This document shows, one piece after another, positions 16,909 through 27,953 of a stretch of DNA of 64,000 nt (its first letter is position 1; each line of letters begins with the position of its first letter). The stretch lies in assembly GCA_963667015.2 (NCBI GenBank), contig CAXXJJ010000001.1, positions 2,560,001 through 2,624,000 of the forward strand, given 5' to 3'. The position numbers were made by a program, and so were the translations under genes. The notes beneath the pieces were generated by a model that was not told where the DNA came from, searched no databases, and was given only the letters and a program-made list of their open reading frames with translations. The stretch comes from Desulfatiglandales bacterium (lineage in GTDB: Bacteria > Desulfobacterota > DSM-4660 > Desulfatiglandales > HGW-15).

Positions 16909-18870
16909 TTAATATTCGTATCTTAAACCTAAATTGAATGTCCTGCCGGGAGCAATATATCCCTGAATTGCAGCATAATCTTCATTGAAGAGGTTGGATA
17001 TGTTTCCATTAAGCAACAGTCGCCCGAAACTTGAGTAAGAAATAATCTCTTTTGAGATTGACAGATTTGCTACAGTATAACCTGGAAGCGTAGTTGCTCC
17101 TGTACCCTCATAATCAGTTATGTTCTGCTTGCTGAAGTATGAAAAATTAAGTGAAGAGACAAAACCAACATCAGGATTGGAAAGTCTGATGCCATAGGAG
17201 GTTGACCATTCCGGATTATAGGAAAGATCAGTGTTAGACTCTTCATTTTTATTTTTTATAAAGTATGTTAATGATGTATAGGGCTTAAGTTCCCAGCTCC
17301 AATCAAAAATATCACCTATATCAACATTAAAAGCCCACTCGATACCTGAGAGTTCCGCACCGCTGATATTTTTATACTGAGTGATATCTTCCTCTGCATT
17401 ATATTCATAACCTATCTGGTCTTTAAAGTCTGTTGAAAAGTAAGTTAAGCTGCTTGAAAGGGTTCCCTTTGTATAATCCATTCCTACTTCATATGTCTTG
17501 CTTTTTTCAGGGGTGAGATCTTCATTACCGGACCATATTCCGAAGCCAAACGCGCTGTAGTCAGTAAACATAAAGAGCTGATCAGGAGTCGGCATTTTAA
17601 AAGCCTCTGCATAATTTGCTCTTATACTCAGATTTTTATTGAATTTGTATACAGCGCCTATGCTGGGAGATAAATTTTCATCACTTTTAGTTTGTCCTTC
17701 ATCCGATTCAATATCGAATTTGTCAAAGCGGAGGCCGGCTGAAAATATTAATTTACCATCAAGCAATTTACTTTTGGCAAGTAAAAATGCAGCCGGATTG
17801 TCATAAGTGTTTTCGCCTGTTGAATAGATATCAGTAATATCATAATGGACCCAGTCAACTCCACCTGTAAGTCTTATAAAATCCCAGTCGGATGAAAACT
17901 GTGCCTGCACTCCCTGCTGGTCTGTATCCTGATAGTAAGACATGGTGGCACTGTCGTCAAAGTTACTATATTTACGATCTGTCCTGAAATAGAGGAAAGA
18001 CCATGACAATTTACTGTCAGCGGTGCTGCCAGTGTATGTCAGGTCGTAATTTCTATTGCTACTGTCGACATATGCATCCAGATCATTCTGGCTTAAGTAA
18101 CTGGGGCTTCCTATTTCATTACCATCATATGATGAGAATGTTATTCCAATACGATGAGTTTCTAAAAATGTATATCCTGTGTCTATGCTTATTCTTTCTT
18201 TCGAATCAAAACCTGTATTGTAATAGTTCTGTCCATTAGCAGTATCATAATCATCCTGGGATTCAATGGATCCGCTGAGAGAAAAATCAAAATTATTGAA
18301 TTTTCCTGATGCTCCTACTGAATTTTTTTTATTGTTCCAGCTTCCTATTCTTGTTTCCGCATATGCTGAAAAATCACCTTTACCCTGTTTTGTAATTATA
18401 TTAACAACTCCTCCAACCGCAGAAGCTCCGTACTGAGTAGCACCAGGGCCGCGGACTATTTCCACCTTTTCGATATTATCAAGAGGGATATCTGCCAGAT
18501 TGCCCGTTCCGGCTCGTCTTCCATTAATCAATAAGAGTACATATCCATCCAGATCATTTCCCTGTGTATTAGTTCTGAACCCGCGGATACTGACAGATGC
18601 CAGTGAATTCGGGTATTCCCTTATGAAGAATCCCTGCTCTTCAAGAAGATCAACCAGGTCAGTAACTGAAGATTTTTCTATCTCTTCCTCACCTAAAACC
18701 GTGATGTTTGTAGTCACATCTTCCTTTTTTTCTTCGATTCTCCCTGATGTTACAACAACCGCTTCCATTTTTACTTTTTCCTCTTGTTCTTCGCCCGCCT
18801 TTGACAGACAGGGCATGCTCAGTATGAATAAGAGTACATAAATTACATAGTGTTTTTTCATTCCTTTCAT
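16909..18870 (-). CDS. TonB-dependent receptor (BtuB-like)
   Basis: TonB box AVVVTS, plug SIRG..LLINGR..IEKVEIVRGPGATQYG..GGVVNIITK, C-terminal PGRTFNLGLRYEY. Confidence 0.92.
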   Translation of the reverse strand: MKGMKKHYVIYVLLFILSMPCLSKAGEEQEEKVKMEAVVVTSGRIEEKKEDVTTNITVLGEEEIEKSSVTDLVDLLEEQGFFIREYPNSLASVSIRGFRTNTQGNDLDGYVLLLINGRRAGTGNLADIPLDNIEKVEIVRGPGATQYGASAVGGVVNIITKQGKGDFSAYAETRIGSWNNKKNSVGASGKFNNFDFSLSGSIESQDDYDTANGQNYYNTGFDSKERISIDTGYTFLETHRIGITFSSYDGNEIGSPSYLSQNDLDAYVDSSNRNYDLTYTGSTADSKLSWSFLYFRTDRKYSNFDDSATMSYYQDTDQQGVQAQFSSDWDFIRLTGGVDWVHYDITDIYSTGENTYDNPAAFLLAKSKLLDGKLIFSAGLRFDKFDIESDEGQTKSDENLSPSIGAVYKFNKNLSIRANYAEAFKMPTPDQLFMFTDYSAFGFGIWSGNEDLTPEKSKTYEVGMDYTKGTLSSSLTYFSTDFKDQIGYEYNAEEDITQYKNISGAELSGIEWAFNVDIGDIFDWSWELKPYTSLTYFIKNKNEESNTDLSYNPEWSTSYGIRLSNPDVGFVSSLNFSYFSKQNITDYEGTGATTLPGYTVANLSISKEIISYSSFGRLLLNGNISNLFNEDYAAIQGYIAPGRTFNLGLRYEY

Positions 18871-18997
18871 TTCCTCCCTTTAATCTCAATTTTTGCAAAA
18901 AAAAATCCCGAACCTAAATAAATAGATCCGGGACATCCCTTTTTTATCCGCAGAAAAATATGCAGGCTTATCGCTGTCCACGCGATATTAACCCTAT

Positions 18998-19168
18998 GTG
19001 TTCAGGCAGGTCTTCTGACTTACGGATCATCCTACTTGCTGCGCCTTCCCATCATGTGCTTATGACAGTGACTAATTGCAGCGTTCGTCCCCGATTACAG
19101 CGGCGGGCCCGTCCCCGATTTTAACGGGGTTCCCTTTTCAACTCTATTTTAGAGTACCATGAACGCTA
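18998..19168 (-). promoter_or_regulatory. Cobalamin riboswitch (class I type)
   Basis: Reverse strand AGGGAACCCCGTT..CCCGCCGCTGTAA..GTCACTG..GGGAAGGC..AGTCAGAAGACCTGCC; terminator ~18897-18932; TTGACA at 19201-19196. Confidence 0.93.
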
Positions 19169-19233
19169 TATGCAATACAAAAAAAGGCAGATAGATGTCA
19201 AGAGGAAATAAAGTGCTTAAGATTACTGAATAT

Positions 19234-22200
19234 CTATTCTCCGGTTATTTCCTCTATTTCACCTTCTATGTCCAGATAGGCCTGTTTTAACTCTTCAATG
19301 GTATTTTCATCAGTGTTCCACATATCCCTCTGGCTTGCTTCCAGCAGTTTATCTATAATGTTTTGGAGTGCATATGGATTTACAGATTTCATCCACTCCT
19401 GCATGTCTTTATCAAGTGCAACCTTTTCTGCAAATCTCTGGTACATCCAGTCATCCACCACATCTGCTGTTGCATCCCAGCCCAGGATGATGTCCATGGC
19501 CTTTGAGATATCCCCGGCCCCTTTATAACCATGGCGTTTCAGGCCTTCCAGCCAGATGGGATTGAGAAGGCGTGATCGGAAGATGTGCCTTGCCTCTTCG
19601 GTCGTGGTGCGGACCTTGACGTCATCCGGATCATTGGAGTCCCCTGCCAGTGAGAATGGCCGCTTTCCCTGAACAGCGTGAACAGCAGTAATAAGGCCTC
19701 CGTGATAGTTATAAAAATCCGTGCAGGTCATCATGTCTTTTTCTCTTGTGTCCTCATTTTTTACGGTTACAGACATCCGACCCAGGGTCCGGCGAAACTG
19801 CTGCTCTGCCTTTTCTCCAAAACTGTTTTCACCATAGGCATAAGAAGACCACTGTATGTACATGTTGCCCAGGTCATCTGTGGTTTCCCAGTTTTTTGAT
19901 TCCACCAGTTGAGCCACTCCTGCACCGTAACTGCCGGGCGGAGAACCGAAAATCCTGAAGGTAGCCTGACGAAAGGCAGCGTCTTCATCCATGCCCTCTT
20001 TTTTCAGTTCATCCATATCCTTCACCACATGGCGCCGGATAAAATTGTTTTCCGGTTCTTCCTTTAACATGGCCACCATGCGCACTGCCTTATCTATCCA
20101 GTCTACCAGGAGAGGAAATGCGTCTCGAAAAATGCCTGAAATCCGGGGTGTTACATCAATACGCGGCCGCCCAAGTTCTTTGGATGGAATAATTTCAATG
20201 CCTTTTACATTGCCGCTGCCCTTTTGCCACACAGGCCTGACTCCAAGGAGGTATAGAATTTCTGATACATCATCACCCTTGGAACGCATTGTAGGGCTTG
20301 CCCAGAGTATGATACCCACATTGTCAGGGTACTCCCCTTTTTCATCAAGGTATCGCTTTATAAGTGCATCAGCCAGTTTTTTGCCGGTCTCCCATGCTGC
20401 GGGAGTAGGGATCTTCTGGGGATCAACCGAATAAAAATTTCTGCCAGTGGGCAGTATATGTGTCTGCCCTCTTGAAGGGGCCCCTGATGGGCCGGGGGAA
20501 ACAAAACGGCCTTCAAGGGCTGTGAGACATGAATCCAGTTCATCCGTGGTCTGTTGAATCCGGAAAACAAGGTCATCCCTGATATAGGTCAGGACTGATG
20601 ATACATCCGTATCTGATTTTCCAAGATATTTCTCTTGTATCCCTGTTATATCGAGATCTTCTTCCGACAGAGAGAGGAGATCTGCAACCATTTCTTCACA
20701 TAATGTCTGAGCCTTTTCTATTATCTTTGCACCTGTAAGGGCGTTTTCATTATCAATAACCTTACCGAGATTATTCCCAAGTTCACCTGCATCATATCCC
20801 ATTACAGAAAGTACTGATTTGCGCAGAGAAGGTATTGAACCGTTTGCAAGCCTCGTCATCTGGACAATAGTTTTTGAGAGGAATTCACCTTCCGGTGCCT
20901 TTCCAAGAGTATGCAGCCCGTCTGCAATAAATGTATCGGATATTTCACCCAGGTAATCATGAATTGTTTCAGTAAATGCCTCAGGGGCTGCAAGGGCCTT
21001 TTCCTTTTCAAGCCCGAGGTCGTTTACCACATCTGCCTTTTCTGCTGCCTCCCATATCATGGCAGGCAGTATGTCGAGCTTGGCCTGGTCCTGTGTTTTG
21101 GCGTTCAGGTAATCGTTGAGAAGGTTTTCAAGCTCCGCAAGTTCATCATAGAGCCCGGAATTGGTAAGGGCAGGGGGCAGATGATCAATTATACAGGCAT
21201 ATGACCTTCGTTTTGCCTGGGTCCCCTCTCCGGGATCGTTTATAATGTACGGGTATATATTAGGGAGATCCCCGATGGCAAGGTCCGGATAGCATTCCCG
21301 GTCAAGTCCTACTGACTTTCCGGGCAGCCATTCAAGGCTTCCGTGTTTTCCCACATGGATAACCGCATCTGCCTTGAATATTTCGGATATCCACCTGTAA
21401 TGAGCAAGATAGTGATGGGGCGGCGAAAGATACATATCATGATACAGCTTGTCTATCTGTTCAAGATAACCCCTTGGCGGCTGTACTGTAATGAATACAT
21501 TGCCGTTTATTATACCCGGGAAAAGAAGCTTTCCATCATGAACAAACAGGTCTCCGGGCATTGGCTGCCAGTCTTCTGTCATTTTTTTCCGTATCTTATC
21601 GGGAAGCTCGGCATGCCAGTTCATATACTCTTCAGGGCCGGCAGTTGCCTCTGCCCTCTCTGCCATCTGTTCTGGCATGAGCCAGCGTTGGTCGCAGGTC
21701 ATTCGACTCAATATCTTGTGTGCCAGTGTATCTCCGTCAGGGTAAAGCTCATCAACTTTATAACCGCGTTCTGACATGGCCTTTACAAGGTCTTTGACAC
21801 TGGCAAAGCTGTCCAGGCCTGATGCGCATCCTATACGGTCATTCCTGGGAGGGTAGTGATGAAATACAATGGCTACCTTTTTTTTACTGTTTTCTATTTT
21901 TGACAGGGATGCCCAGTTAAGGGCCAGGCGCACCATCTTTGCTGTACGTTCCGGTATGGGGGTATATTTGTTTACTGCAGCACCTGTCAGGGGATCAACC
22001 GAAACACACTGCTTGGATGCTACAGGTACATTAATTATAACCCCGTCCAGTTCCGGCTGGGCAACGGATATGGTTATGTCCACATTTGTGAGTCCCTGAT
22101 CGCTTTCCTTCCATTCCCGGATATCTCTGGCTGTTGAAATAGCCTGTATTACCGGTACCCCAAGCTTTTTAAGAAGGCCTTTGTAATCGGGCGATGCCGT

Positions 22201-23019
22201 CTCAAGGCTGAACATTACAGGGTTTATGAGCACATCGATTCGGGATTTATCATTATCCATAAAAAACTGATCAACAACATAATCCGCACCGTTGTTTCCA
22301 AGGAGTTTATCCTTAAACCGGGTATGGAAGACACATATTACATTGGCATTCTGTTTTTCCAGCTCCCAGATGATGGCATCTATATGGTCCTTGTTATTGC
22401 TGGTCCAGAAGTTCTGATAAAACCAGATTCCTGCAGTTATTTTGTATGGATCAAGGGAATTATAATAATCTAGGGCATCCGGTATATAACCCCTGTCAGG
22501 GTGGTATAGTCCTTCATAGGGCAGCAACATTGGCGGTTTTATATCAATGTTATCATTATGAATGCGGTTGTGCAGGAAACCCAGCATATTCATGAGGTTT
22601 TCCACTCCGCCGTAACGGTAGTAACGGCTCAGGTTTGTCCAGGTATCGTCATCAGTCCCGTCAGATAACTGCTGTACAATTTCAAGGGAATCCGGGTTGC
22701 TTCCCGTAGGCTGGATATGAAACCATGGTATTTTATTCCCATTCTTGCGCTGTTCTTCCATTGCAGAGATCAGATCATCCCAGGCAGGGCAGGACTGGCT
22801 GCCTGCCATGAGCGTGATAAAAATAATATCCGCTTTAAGGGCATGCTTTACAAAGGATTCCTGCATTTCTTCGTTATCCTGCAACTGGGTACGTGTGCGG
22901 GCATATATTTCAACAGAAGCGGAAGCGGTTTTCTCTGTAAATAAACGGCAGGCCTCGCTCAGGTTGGGAATTTCGTTTGATGTAACGCTGAAATATACAA
23001 GCTTCATTTGTTTTCTCAC
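19234..23019 (-). CDS. cobN: Cobaltochelatase CobN-family large subunit (copy 1)
   Basis: QPELDG, PPHHYLA, HVGKHGSLEWLPGK, DPGEGTQAKRR, LPTGRNFY, RPRIDVT, SRLLNPIW, GYKGA. Confidence 0.92.
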   Translation of the reverse strand: MRKQMKLVYFSVTSNEIPNLSEACRLFTEKTASASVEIYARTRTQLQDNEEMQESFVKHALKADIIFITLMAGSQSCPAWDDLISAMEEQRKNGNKIPWFHIQPTGSNPDSLEIVQQLSDGTDDDTWTNLSRYYRYGGVENLMNMLGFLHNRIHNDNIDIKPPMLLPYEGLYHPDRGYIPDALDYYNSLDPYKITAGIWFYQNFWTSNNKDHIDAIIWELEKQNANVICVFHTRFKDKLLGNNGADYVVDQFFMDNDKSRIDVLINPVMFSLETASPDYKGLLKKLGVPVIQAISTARDIREWKESDQGLTNVDITISVAQPELDGVIINVPVASKQCVSVDPLTGAAVNKYTPIPERTAKMVRLALNWASLSKIENSKKKVAIVFHHYPPRNDRIGCASGLDSFASVKDLVKAMSERGYKVDELYPDGDTLAHKILSRMTCDQRWLMPEQMAERAEATAGPEEYMNWHAELPDKIRKKMTEDWQPMPGDLFVHDGKLLFPGIINGNVFITVQPPRGYLEQIDKLYHDMYLSPPHHYLAHYRWISEIFKADAVIHVGKHGSLEWLPGKSVGLDRECYPDLAIGDLPNIYPYIINDPGEGTQAKRRSYACIIDHLPPALTNSGLYDELAELENLLNDYLNAKTQDQAKLDILPAMIWEAAEKADVVNDLGLEKEKALAAPEAFTETIHDYLGEISDTFIADGLHTLGKAPEGEFLSKTIVQMTRLANGSIPSLRKSVLSVMGYDAGELGNNLGKVIDNENALTGAKIIEKAQTLCEEMVADLLSLSEEDLDITGIQEKYLGKSDTDVSSVLTYIRDDLVFRIQQTTDELDSCLTALEGRFVSPGPSGAPSRGQTHILPTGRNFYSVDPQKIPTPAAWETGKKLADALIKRYLDEKGEYPDNVGIILWASPTMRSKGDDVSEILYLLGVRPVWQKGSGNVKGIEIIPSKELGRPRIDVTPRISGIFRDAFPLLVDWIDKAVRMVAMLKEEPENNFIRRHVVKDMDELKKEGMDEDAAFRQATFRIFGSPPGSYGAGVAQLVESKNWETTDDLGNMYIQWSSYAYGENSFGEKAEQQFRRTLGRMSVTVKNEDTREKDMMTCTDFYNYHGGLITAVHAVQGKRPFSLAGDSNDPDDVKVRTTTEEARHIFRSRLLNPIWLEGLKRHGYKGAGDISKAMDIILGWDATADVVDDWMYQRFAEKVALDKDMQEWMKSVNPYALQNIIDKLLEASQRDMWNTDENTIEELKQAYLDIEGEIEEITGE

Positions 23020-23804
23020 TTTCTAAGACTTTCCATTGGGATTATGTAGGGGCAGTCATGTTCTCTATCAAACTGAATATTTACCCGGATATTAAAAACC
23101 TCTGCCAGGAGATCCTGTGTGATTACATCCCGGGGCGCTCCTGATGCTACAATCTTTCCATTATTAACCACAGCAATGGTATGTGCGTATCTTGCCGCCT
23201 GATTAAGGTCATGAAGTACCATTACAGTTGAAAGACCGAGCCTTCTGTTGAGCGTTTTTACTAGTTCAAGTACCTCAAACTGGTAACATATATCAAGAAA
23301 GGTAGTGGGTTCATCAAGGAGCAGTATTTCAGGCTTCTGGGCCAGGGCAAGGGCAAGCCATGCCCTCTGGCGCTCGCCTCCGGAAAGGGAGACAAGTGTT
23401 CTGTCCTGTAATAGTGTAAGCCTTGTCCTTTCAAGAGATTCATCAACAATAGCCCAGTCTGCGGTTGTCATCCTCCCGGTCCATTTTAAATGGGGGCTTC
23501 TGCCGTATCCGACAAGATCACGTACTGTGAAATCCTCCGGTATTATGGGGGACTGGGGCAGAAAGGCAAGGTGTCTTGCAAGTTCCCTTGGTGAAAACCG
23601 GGTAACGGGTTTATTATCGAGCGATACAACTCCTTTTCGTGGACGGAGTGAAGCCGCCATTGCCTTTAAGATAGTTGATTTTCCCGAGCCATTTGGGCCG
23701 ATAATTATCATGAATTCTTCAGGATTCAGAGTGAGACTTACATCATGAATGACTGATGACAGTTTTCCATATCCAAGTTGCAGGTTTTTTGCTTCTAGTA
23801 TCAT
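23016..23804 (-). CDS. ABC transporter ATP-binding subunit (FepC/BtuD family)
   Basis: GPNGSGKST, LSGGERQR, LLLDEPT, VLHDLN. Confidence 0.93.
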   Translation of the reverse strand: MILEAKNLQLGYGKLSSVIHDVSLTLNPEEFMIIIGPNGSGKSTILKAMAASLRPRKGVVSLDNKPVTRFSPRELARHLAFLPQSPIIPEDFTVRDLVGYGRSPHLKWTGRMTTADWAIVDESLERTRLTLLQDRTLVSLSGGERQRAWLALALAQKPEILLLDEPTTFLDICYQFEVLELVKTLNRRLGLSTVMVLHDLNQAARYAHTIAVVNNGKIVASGAPRDVITQDLLAEVFNIRVNIQFDREHDCPYIIPMESLRK

Positions 23805-23814
23805 AATCCGATCT

Positions 23815-24804
23815 CTACATCTTTTTTCGCAGCAGATAAAGGAAGAAAGGAGCGCCTAACAGCGCCATAATAATTCCCACCGGCACTTCCACAGGATCAA
23901 GAACAACCCTGGAGATTGTATCGCAGATCATAACAAGGGCCGCTCCCATAAGTGCTGCAGCGGGAAGCAAAAACCTGTAGTCGGAACCTATGATAAGCCT
24001 TGCTATGTGAGGTACAATAAGGCCCACAAAACCAAGAAGCCCTGCCACGCTGACAGCGCTGCCTGCAAGAAGGGCTGCAAGGGCGATAAAAAACATTCGG
24101 GTACGTTCAACATTTATCCCGAGGCTACCGGCAGTTTCATCCCCAAGCATCAGAATATTAAGCCTGCGCGCAGAGATATTAACAAGCAGGAACCCTGACA
24201 GAGTGTAAGGAAAAATAATATCAAGGTGCTTCCATGTTCTTGCTGACAGCCCTCCAACCATAAACCCTAAAACACTGTGGACGCGGTCAGGAAAAAATAT
24301 CATGAGACCTGTTATCATGGCGCCCAGAAATGAGGATACTGCCACTCCTGCAAGGATAAGCCTGGAAGGCCTGATTCCCTGCCGCCAGGCAATAAGATAT
24401 ACCATGATTGCCGTAATCAGTGCTCCTGTAAACGCCACAGGAGGGAGAAGATAGTATATCCCCGGATAAAGGATCAGTATAACAACACCTGCAAGTCCCG
24501 CCCCGGCAGATATCCCGATGATATGAGGCGCTGCCAGGGGATTTCGCATGATTCCCTGCAGGAGACAACCTGAAAGTGAAAGGCATAATCCCACGCAGGC
24601 GGCTACAAGGGTCCTGGGAAGACGGATATTGTAGATGATCTGATAATGGGGGCCTTCAGAAGCCCTGAAAATAGCATCAAATATCTGGGCGGGAGTTATT
24701 TTTAAAGATCCCAGCTTAAGGCTGAATAAAAACCCTGCGATACACAGGATGAAAAGTGAAGCAAGGATTAATACTCGTTTTAATGTCCTGCCTGCAGGCG
24801 GCAT
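23815..24804 (-). CDS. FecCD/BtuC-family ABC permease
   Basis: IRLPR, RNPLAAP.IIG, GFVGLIVPH, EVPVG..G.PFF. Confidence 0.93.
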   Translation of the reverse strand: MPPAGRTLKRVLILASLFILCIAGFLFSLKLGSLKITPAQIFDAIFRASEGPHYQIIYNIRLPRTLVAACVGLCLSLSGCLLQGIMRNPLAAPHIIGISAGAGLAGVVILILYPGIYYLLPPVAFTGALITAIMVYLIAWRQGIRPSRLILAGVAVSSFLGAMITGLMIFFPDRVHSVLGFMVGGLSARTWKHLDIIFPYTLSGFLLVNISARRLNILMLGDETAGSLGINVERTRMFFIALAALLAGSAVSVAGLLGFVGLIVPHIARLIIGSDYRFLLPAAALMGAALVMICDTISRVVLDPVEVPVGIIMALLGAPFFLYLLRKKM

Positions 24805-24810
24805 GGTTAA

Positions 24811-25851
24811 TTATTCTCTCCTGTCTGTGTTTGCGCTGACTGTCATATGAGATATGTCCGCCGGGATATCAAAATCCGGATATATAAGCCTGGCCAGGTA
24901 TTCCAGCGCCCGGGGGAACTCATCATTTGGTTTATATAAAAAGTATTTTTTTGGCAGGACATGAAACCTGCCTTCCCTGATAGCTGTGAGGGCCGACCAG
25001 GCCTCATTGCTTTCAAACTCCATCCGCAGTCTTTCACGGCAGGCGTCCACTTCCCCCATGGTGTTGAGAAGTATTATGTCCGGGTCAAGCTGTACAATTT
25101 TTTCTAGACTGAAATCAACACGTGTCTGTGAGGCGAGGTTATAATCCTTGGAAATAATATTCTTCACCCCGATCATGGAAAGCATTACACCTGTCTGAGA
25201 ATTGGGCAGTTCGCATGAAACCGAATTTGTGGATGTAAACACAACAAGCACTTTAGGTCCTTTAAACTTCCTGCACCTTTCTGTAATTATATTGATCCTC
25301 TCTGACATCCTCTCATAGGCGGCCTGATAAATCTTTTCTGTTCCGTTGATTCTGGAGAAGAGGTCTAGTATGTGAAGGTAATCATAATGATTTACATAGC
25401 GGAGAAAGATATAGGGAATATTATTCTGCTTCAGTATGGGGATTATATCCCTGAAACCGGCCACATCAGATGAAATAACAAGATCTGGCTGGAGAGTTAT
25501 GACCTTTTCTGCGTTGGGGTTGTTGAAGGAGCCAACCTCGGGGATGTTTATCACCTCAGGCGGCACATTGATATCTCCTGTGCAGCGGGCTATGGCTGTG
25601 CCTCCTGACTCGACCCAGAGATTCAAAAGAGAAGTCAAAAGTACAATTGTTCTTTTAGGATGTTTTGGGATAACCGATATCCCACCATCCGGAAGCATGC
25701 AGGTTATACTGTCAGCAGTTTCTTCAACAACAAGGGATGAATGATCATTAGTCTCTTTCACGCTCTGTGATATGTTGTCACATGCAGTGACGCTTAAAAT
25801 TATTAGTAATAATAGAGTTTGTTTTAGGAAGTTAGATAAATTTTTAAGCAT
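24811..25851 (-). CDS. ABC substrate-binding lipoprotein (Fe-siderophore/B12 class)
   Basis: Lipobox SVTAC; PKRTIVL, EKVITLQPDLVI, EKIVQLDPDII, W.ALTAIREGR. Confidence 0.88.
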   Translation of the reverse strand: MLKNLSNFLKQTLLLLIILSVTACDNISQSVKETNDHSSLVVEETADSITCMLPDGGISVIPKHPKRTIVLLTSLLNLWVESGGTAIARCTGDINVPPEVINIPEVGSFNNPNAEKVITLQPDLVISSDVAGFRDIIPILKQNNIPYIFLRYVNHYDYLHILDLFSRINGTEKIYQAAYERMSERINIITERCRKFKGPKVLVVFTSTNSVSCELPNSQTGVMLSMIGVKNIISKDYNLASQTRVDFSLEKIVQLDPDIILLNTMGEVDACRERLRMEFESNEAWSALTAIREGRFHVLPKKYFLYKPNDEFPRALEYLARLIYPDFDIPADISHMTVSANTDRRE

Positions 25852-25854
25852 AGT

Positions 25855-26640
25855 CTATTCTCCCATACCAATCAAAGCCGCCCCGATTGCCCCGTTGAGC
25901 TGAGGATATTCGGGAACATGAACATCCATGTAAAGCAGATCTTCCAGGGCATCAGCTATACCAATATTAAGCCCGCCTCCTCCGGTAAGGAGTATTTCGG
26001 CTGTTCCACCGGTCTTTTTGAACATCCCGGCAATGCGTTTTGCCAGGGAGCGGTGAATGGCTGCAGTTATATCCTCCCTGCTTTTTTTTCTTGCTACCAG
26101 GGAGACCACTTCCGATTCGGCAAATACAACGCATGTACTGTTAATATTAAGAGGTACCTTTGATTCAAGGGAGATGGGGCCGAGATCCTTTACATCCAGT
26201 TCAAGGATACGGGCAAGGGATTCAAGAAAACGCCCGGTGCCGGCAGCACACTTGTCATTCATGGTAAAGTTGGTTGTTTCACCCTGTTCATCAATCAGAA
26301 TGACCTTGCTGTCCTGACCGCCGATATCTATTACCGTACGGATATCAACACCTTCGGGTGCAGCCCACCGCGCACCCACACCATGTGCCCTGATTTCCGT
26401 AACAGTATCATTTGCCCTTGTAATTGTACGGCGGCTGTATCCGGTAGATATTACGGCCTTGACCTGGGACGGGTCCAGGCCATTGCTGGTAACTATATTA
26501 TCAATCATTTTACCTGATGTGCTGTCTGCATCTATACCCGTCGGCTGCCGGTCATACCCTGTAAGTTTGCCACTCTCATCAAGAAAGGCCACTTTGACAT
26601 AGGTTGAACCCGCATCAACGCCTGCATAATAATAGGTCAT
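25855..26640 (-). CDS. CoA-substrate-specific enzyme activase (HgdC-type), copy 2
   Basis: GVDAGST, STGYSR, DIGGQDSK, MNDKCAAGTGRF, STCVVFAESE. Confidence 0.92.
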   Translation of the reverse strand: MTYYYAGVDAGSTYVKVAFLDESGKLTGYDRQPTGIDADSTSGKMIDNIVTSNGLDPSQVKAVISTGYSRRTITRANDTVTEIRAHGVGARWAAPEGVDIRTVIDIGGQDSKVILIDEQGETTNFTMNDKCAAGTGRFLESLARILELDVKDLGPISLESKVPLNINSTCVVFAESEVVSLVARKKSREDITAAIHRSLAKRIAGMFKKTGGTAEILLTGGGGLNIGIADALEDLLYMDVHVPEYPQLNGAIGAALIGMGE

Positions 26641-27953
26641 TTTATCTGTAATCCTCTTTTCTTTTTTCCTGTTTTCAGCATTTCAATGAAAGCCTCTATT
26701 CTTGTCCTGAGTTGTTCAATATCTTCAGGGTTATAATCAGTCTCAACACGAAGCATAGGGATGCCCTGCTGTTTTAGTTCCTTTTCGAGCCTGAGAACCT
26801 CAAAGTCATATGAGATACAGCCCTTTAAAACATGATACAATACCCCGTCCACAGCAGAGTTATCTGCTATCCTTTGAACTATCCTTAACCGGTCATTGTT
26901 CGGGGCAAAGGAGGGACAGGTACACGGGGACATATAGCGGGAAGCAAGTCCGATCAATTGATCTCCCAGGTTGTTTTCCGTATTGCCAACCGGATCAGAA
27001 AGGTATCTGTCTCCTGCGCAGGACTCGTCATAAACAACTACTCCGCCCATCTCTTCTACAAGGTTTGATATTTTCATATTTGGAAAGATGGAAGGACTTC
27101 CTGCAATAAGTATCCTGGGTGTGTCTTCCCGGCATATTGAAGTCCCTCTGGCTGACCTTGTGGCAAGTTCACTGTTAAGGCGATTAAGGGCCTCTCTCCA
27201 TTTATCCGCCGGAGCATAGGCATATGAATTGATGACAGCAGTTGCCTGCCTGCCCCATATAGCCGGCGTTAATGATGCGCGTACGGATAAAAGTTTTCTT
27301 ATCTCGGCCTGTGCCCCGGCAACATCTTTTATAGCATTACCTAATCTTTGGACAGTTATTTTGCATTCTGAACTGGTTCTGGAGACATGTCTTTCTATTA
27401 AATTCTTCAATGCATATACCTGTTCAATCCAGATCTCCCTGGATAAGACTGCATCCTTGATATGCGGTACCTCCAGCATCCAGACATTTTTATATTCGGA
27501 AAGCTCTTCTCCCATTTTTCTTTTACAGTCGCAGGTTGTCGGGACTATTACAACATCGCACCGGTCAAAGATCTTCAGACCCTTTTGAACTGAAAATCCC
27601 ATGGCAGATTTTACCAGAGGGCAGGCGTCACGGGGAACCAGGTCTTCTCCATTCTGTGATGCATCAAATGAACCGGCGCAGAGCCTTACCGGTACAGCGC
27701 CTGCCGCATAAATCAGTTCTTCGGGAACAACCATACAGTAAACGCCTATAAAAACCGGATTCCTGTAATCCGGTTCAAATATTTTATCTGGTTCGTTCAG
27801 GACAAAAACCGATTCCATTATATCGTAAAAATAGTTAAGGGAGGCGGGGCTGTCCGGGATATTCCTAAGTTTTTCCAGTTCAATGACCGCATTTCCTGCA
27901 ACCTGCCTTAAAAAGCGCCTGCTTTTCTTTTCTTCTATGCTAATCTTATTCAT
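26637..27953 (-). CDS. 2-hydroxyacyl-CoA dehydratase family protein, probable double-cubane-cluster reductase, copy 2
   Basis: GVYC..PEEL..AG..PVRLC, CPLVKS, PTTCDCK, ESCAG, CTCP, KGCISY, ETDY..TRIEAF. Confidence 0.85.
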   Translation of the reverse strand: MNKISIEEKKSRRFLRQVAGNAVIELEKLRNIPDSPASLNYFYDIMESVFVLNEPDKIFEPDYRNPVFIGVYCMVVPEELIYAAGAVPVRLCAGSFDASQNGEDLVPRDACPLVKSAMGFSVQKGLKIFDRCDVVIVPTTCDCKRKMGEELSEYKNVWMLEVPHIKDAVLSREIWIEQVYALKNLIERHVSRTSSECKITVQRLGNAIKDVAGAQAEIRKLLSVRASLTPAIWGRQATAVINSYAYAPADKWREALNRLNSELATRSARGTSICREDTPRILIAGSPSIFPNMKISNLVEEMGGVVVYDESCAGDRYLSDPVGNTENNLGDQLIGLASRYMSPCTCPSFAPNNDRLRIVQRIADNSAVDGVLYHVLKGCISYDFEVLRLEKELKQQGIPMLRVETDYNPEDIEQLRTRIEAFIEMLKTGKKKRGLQIK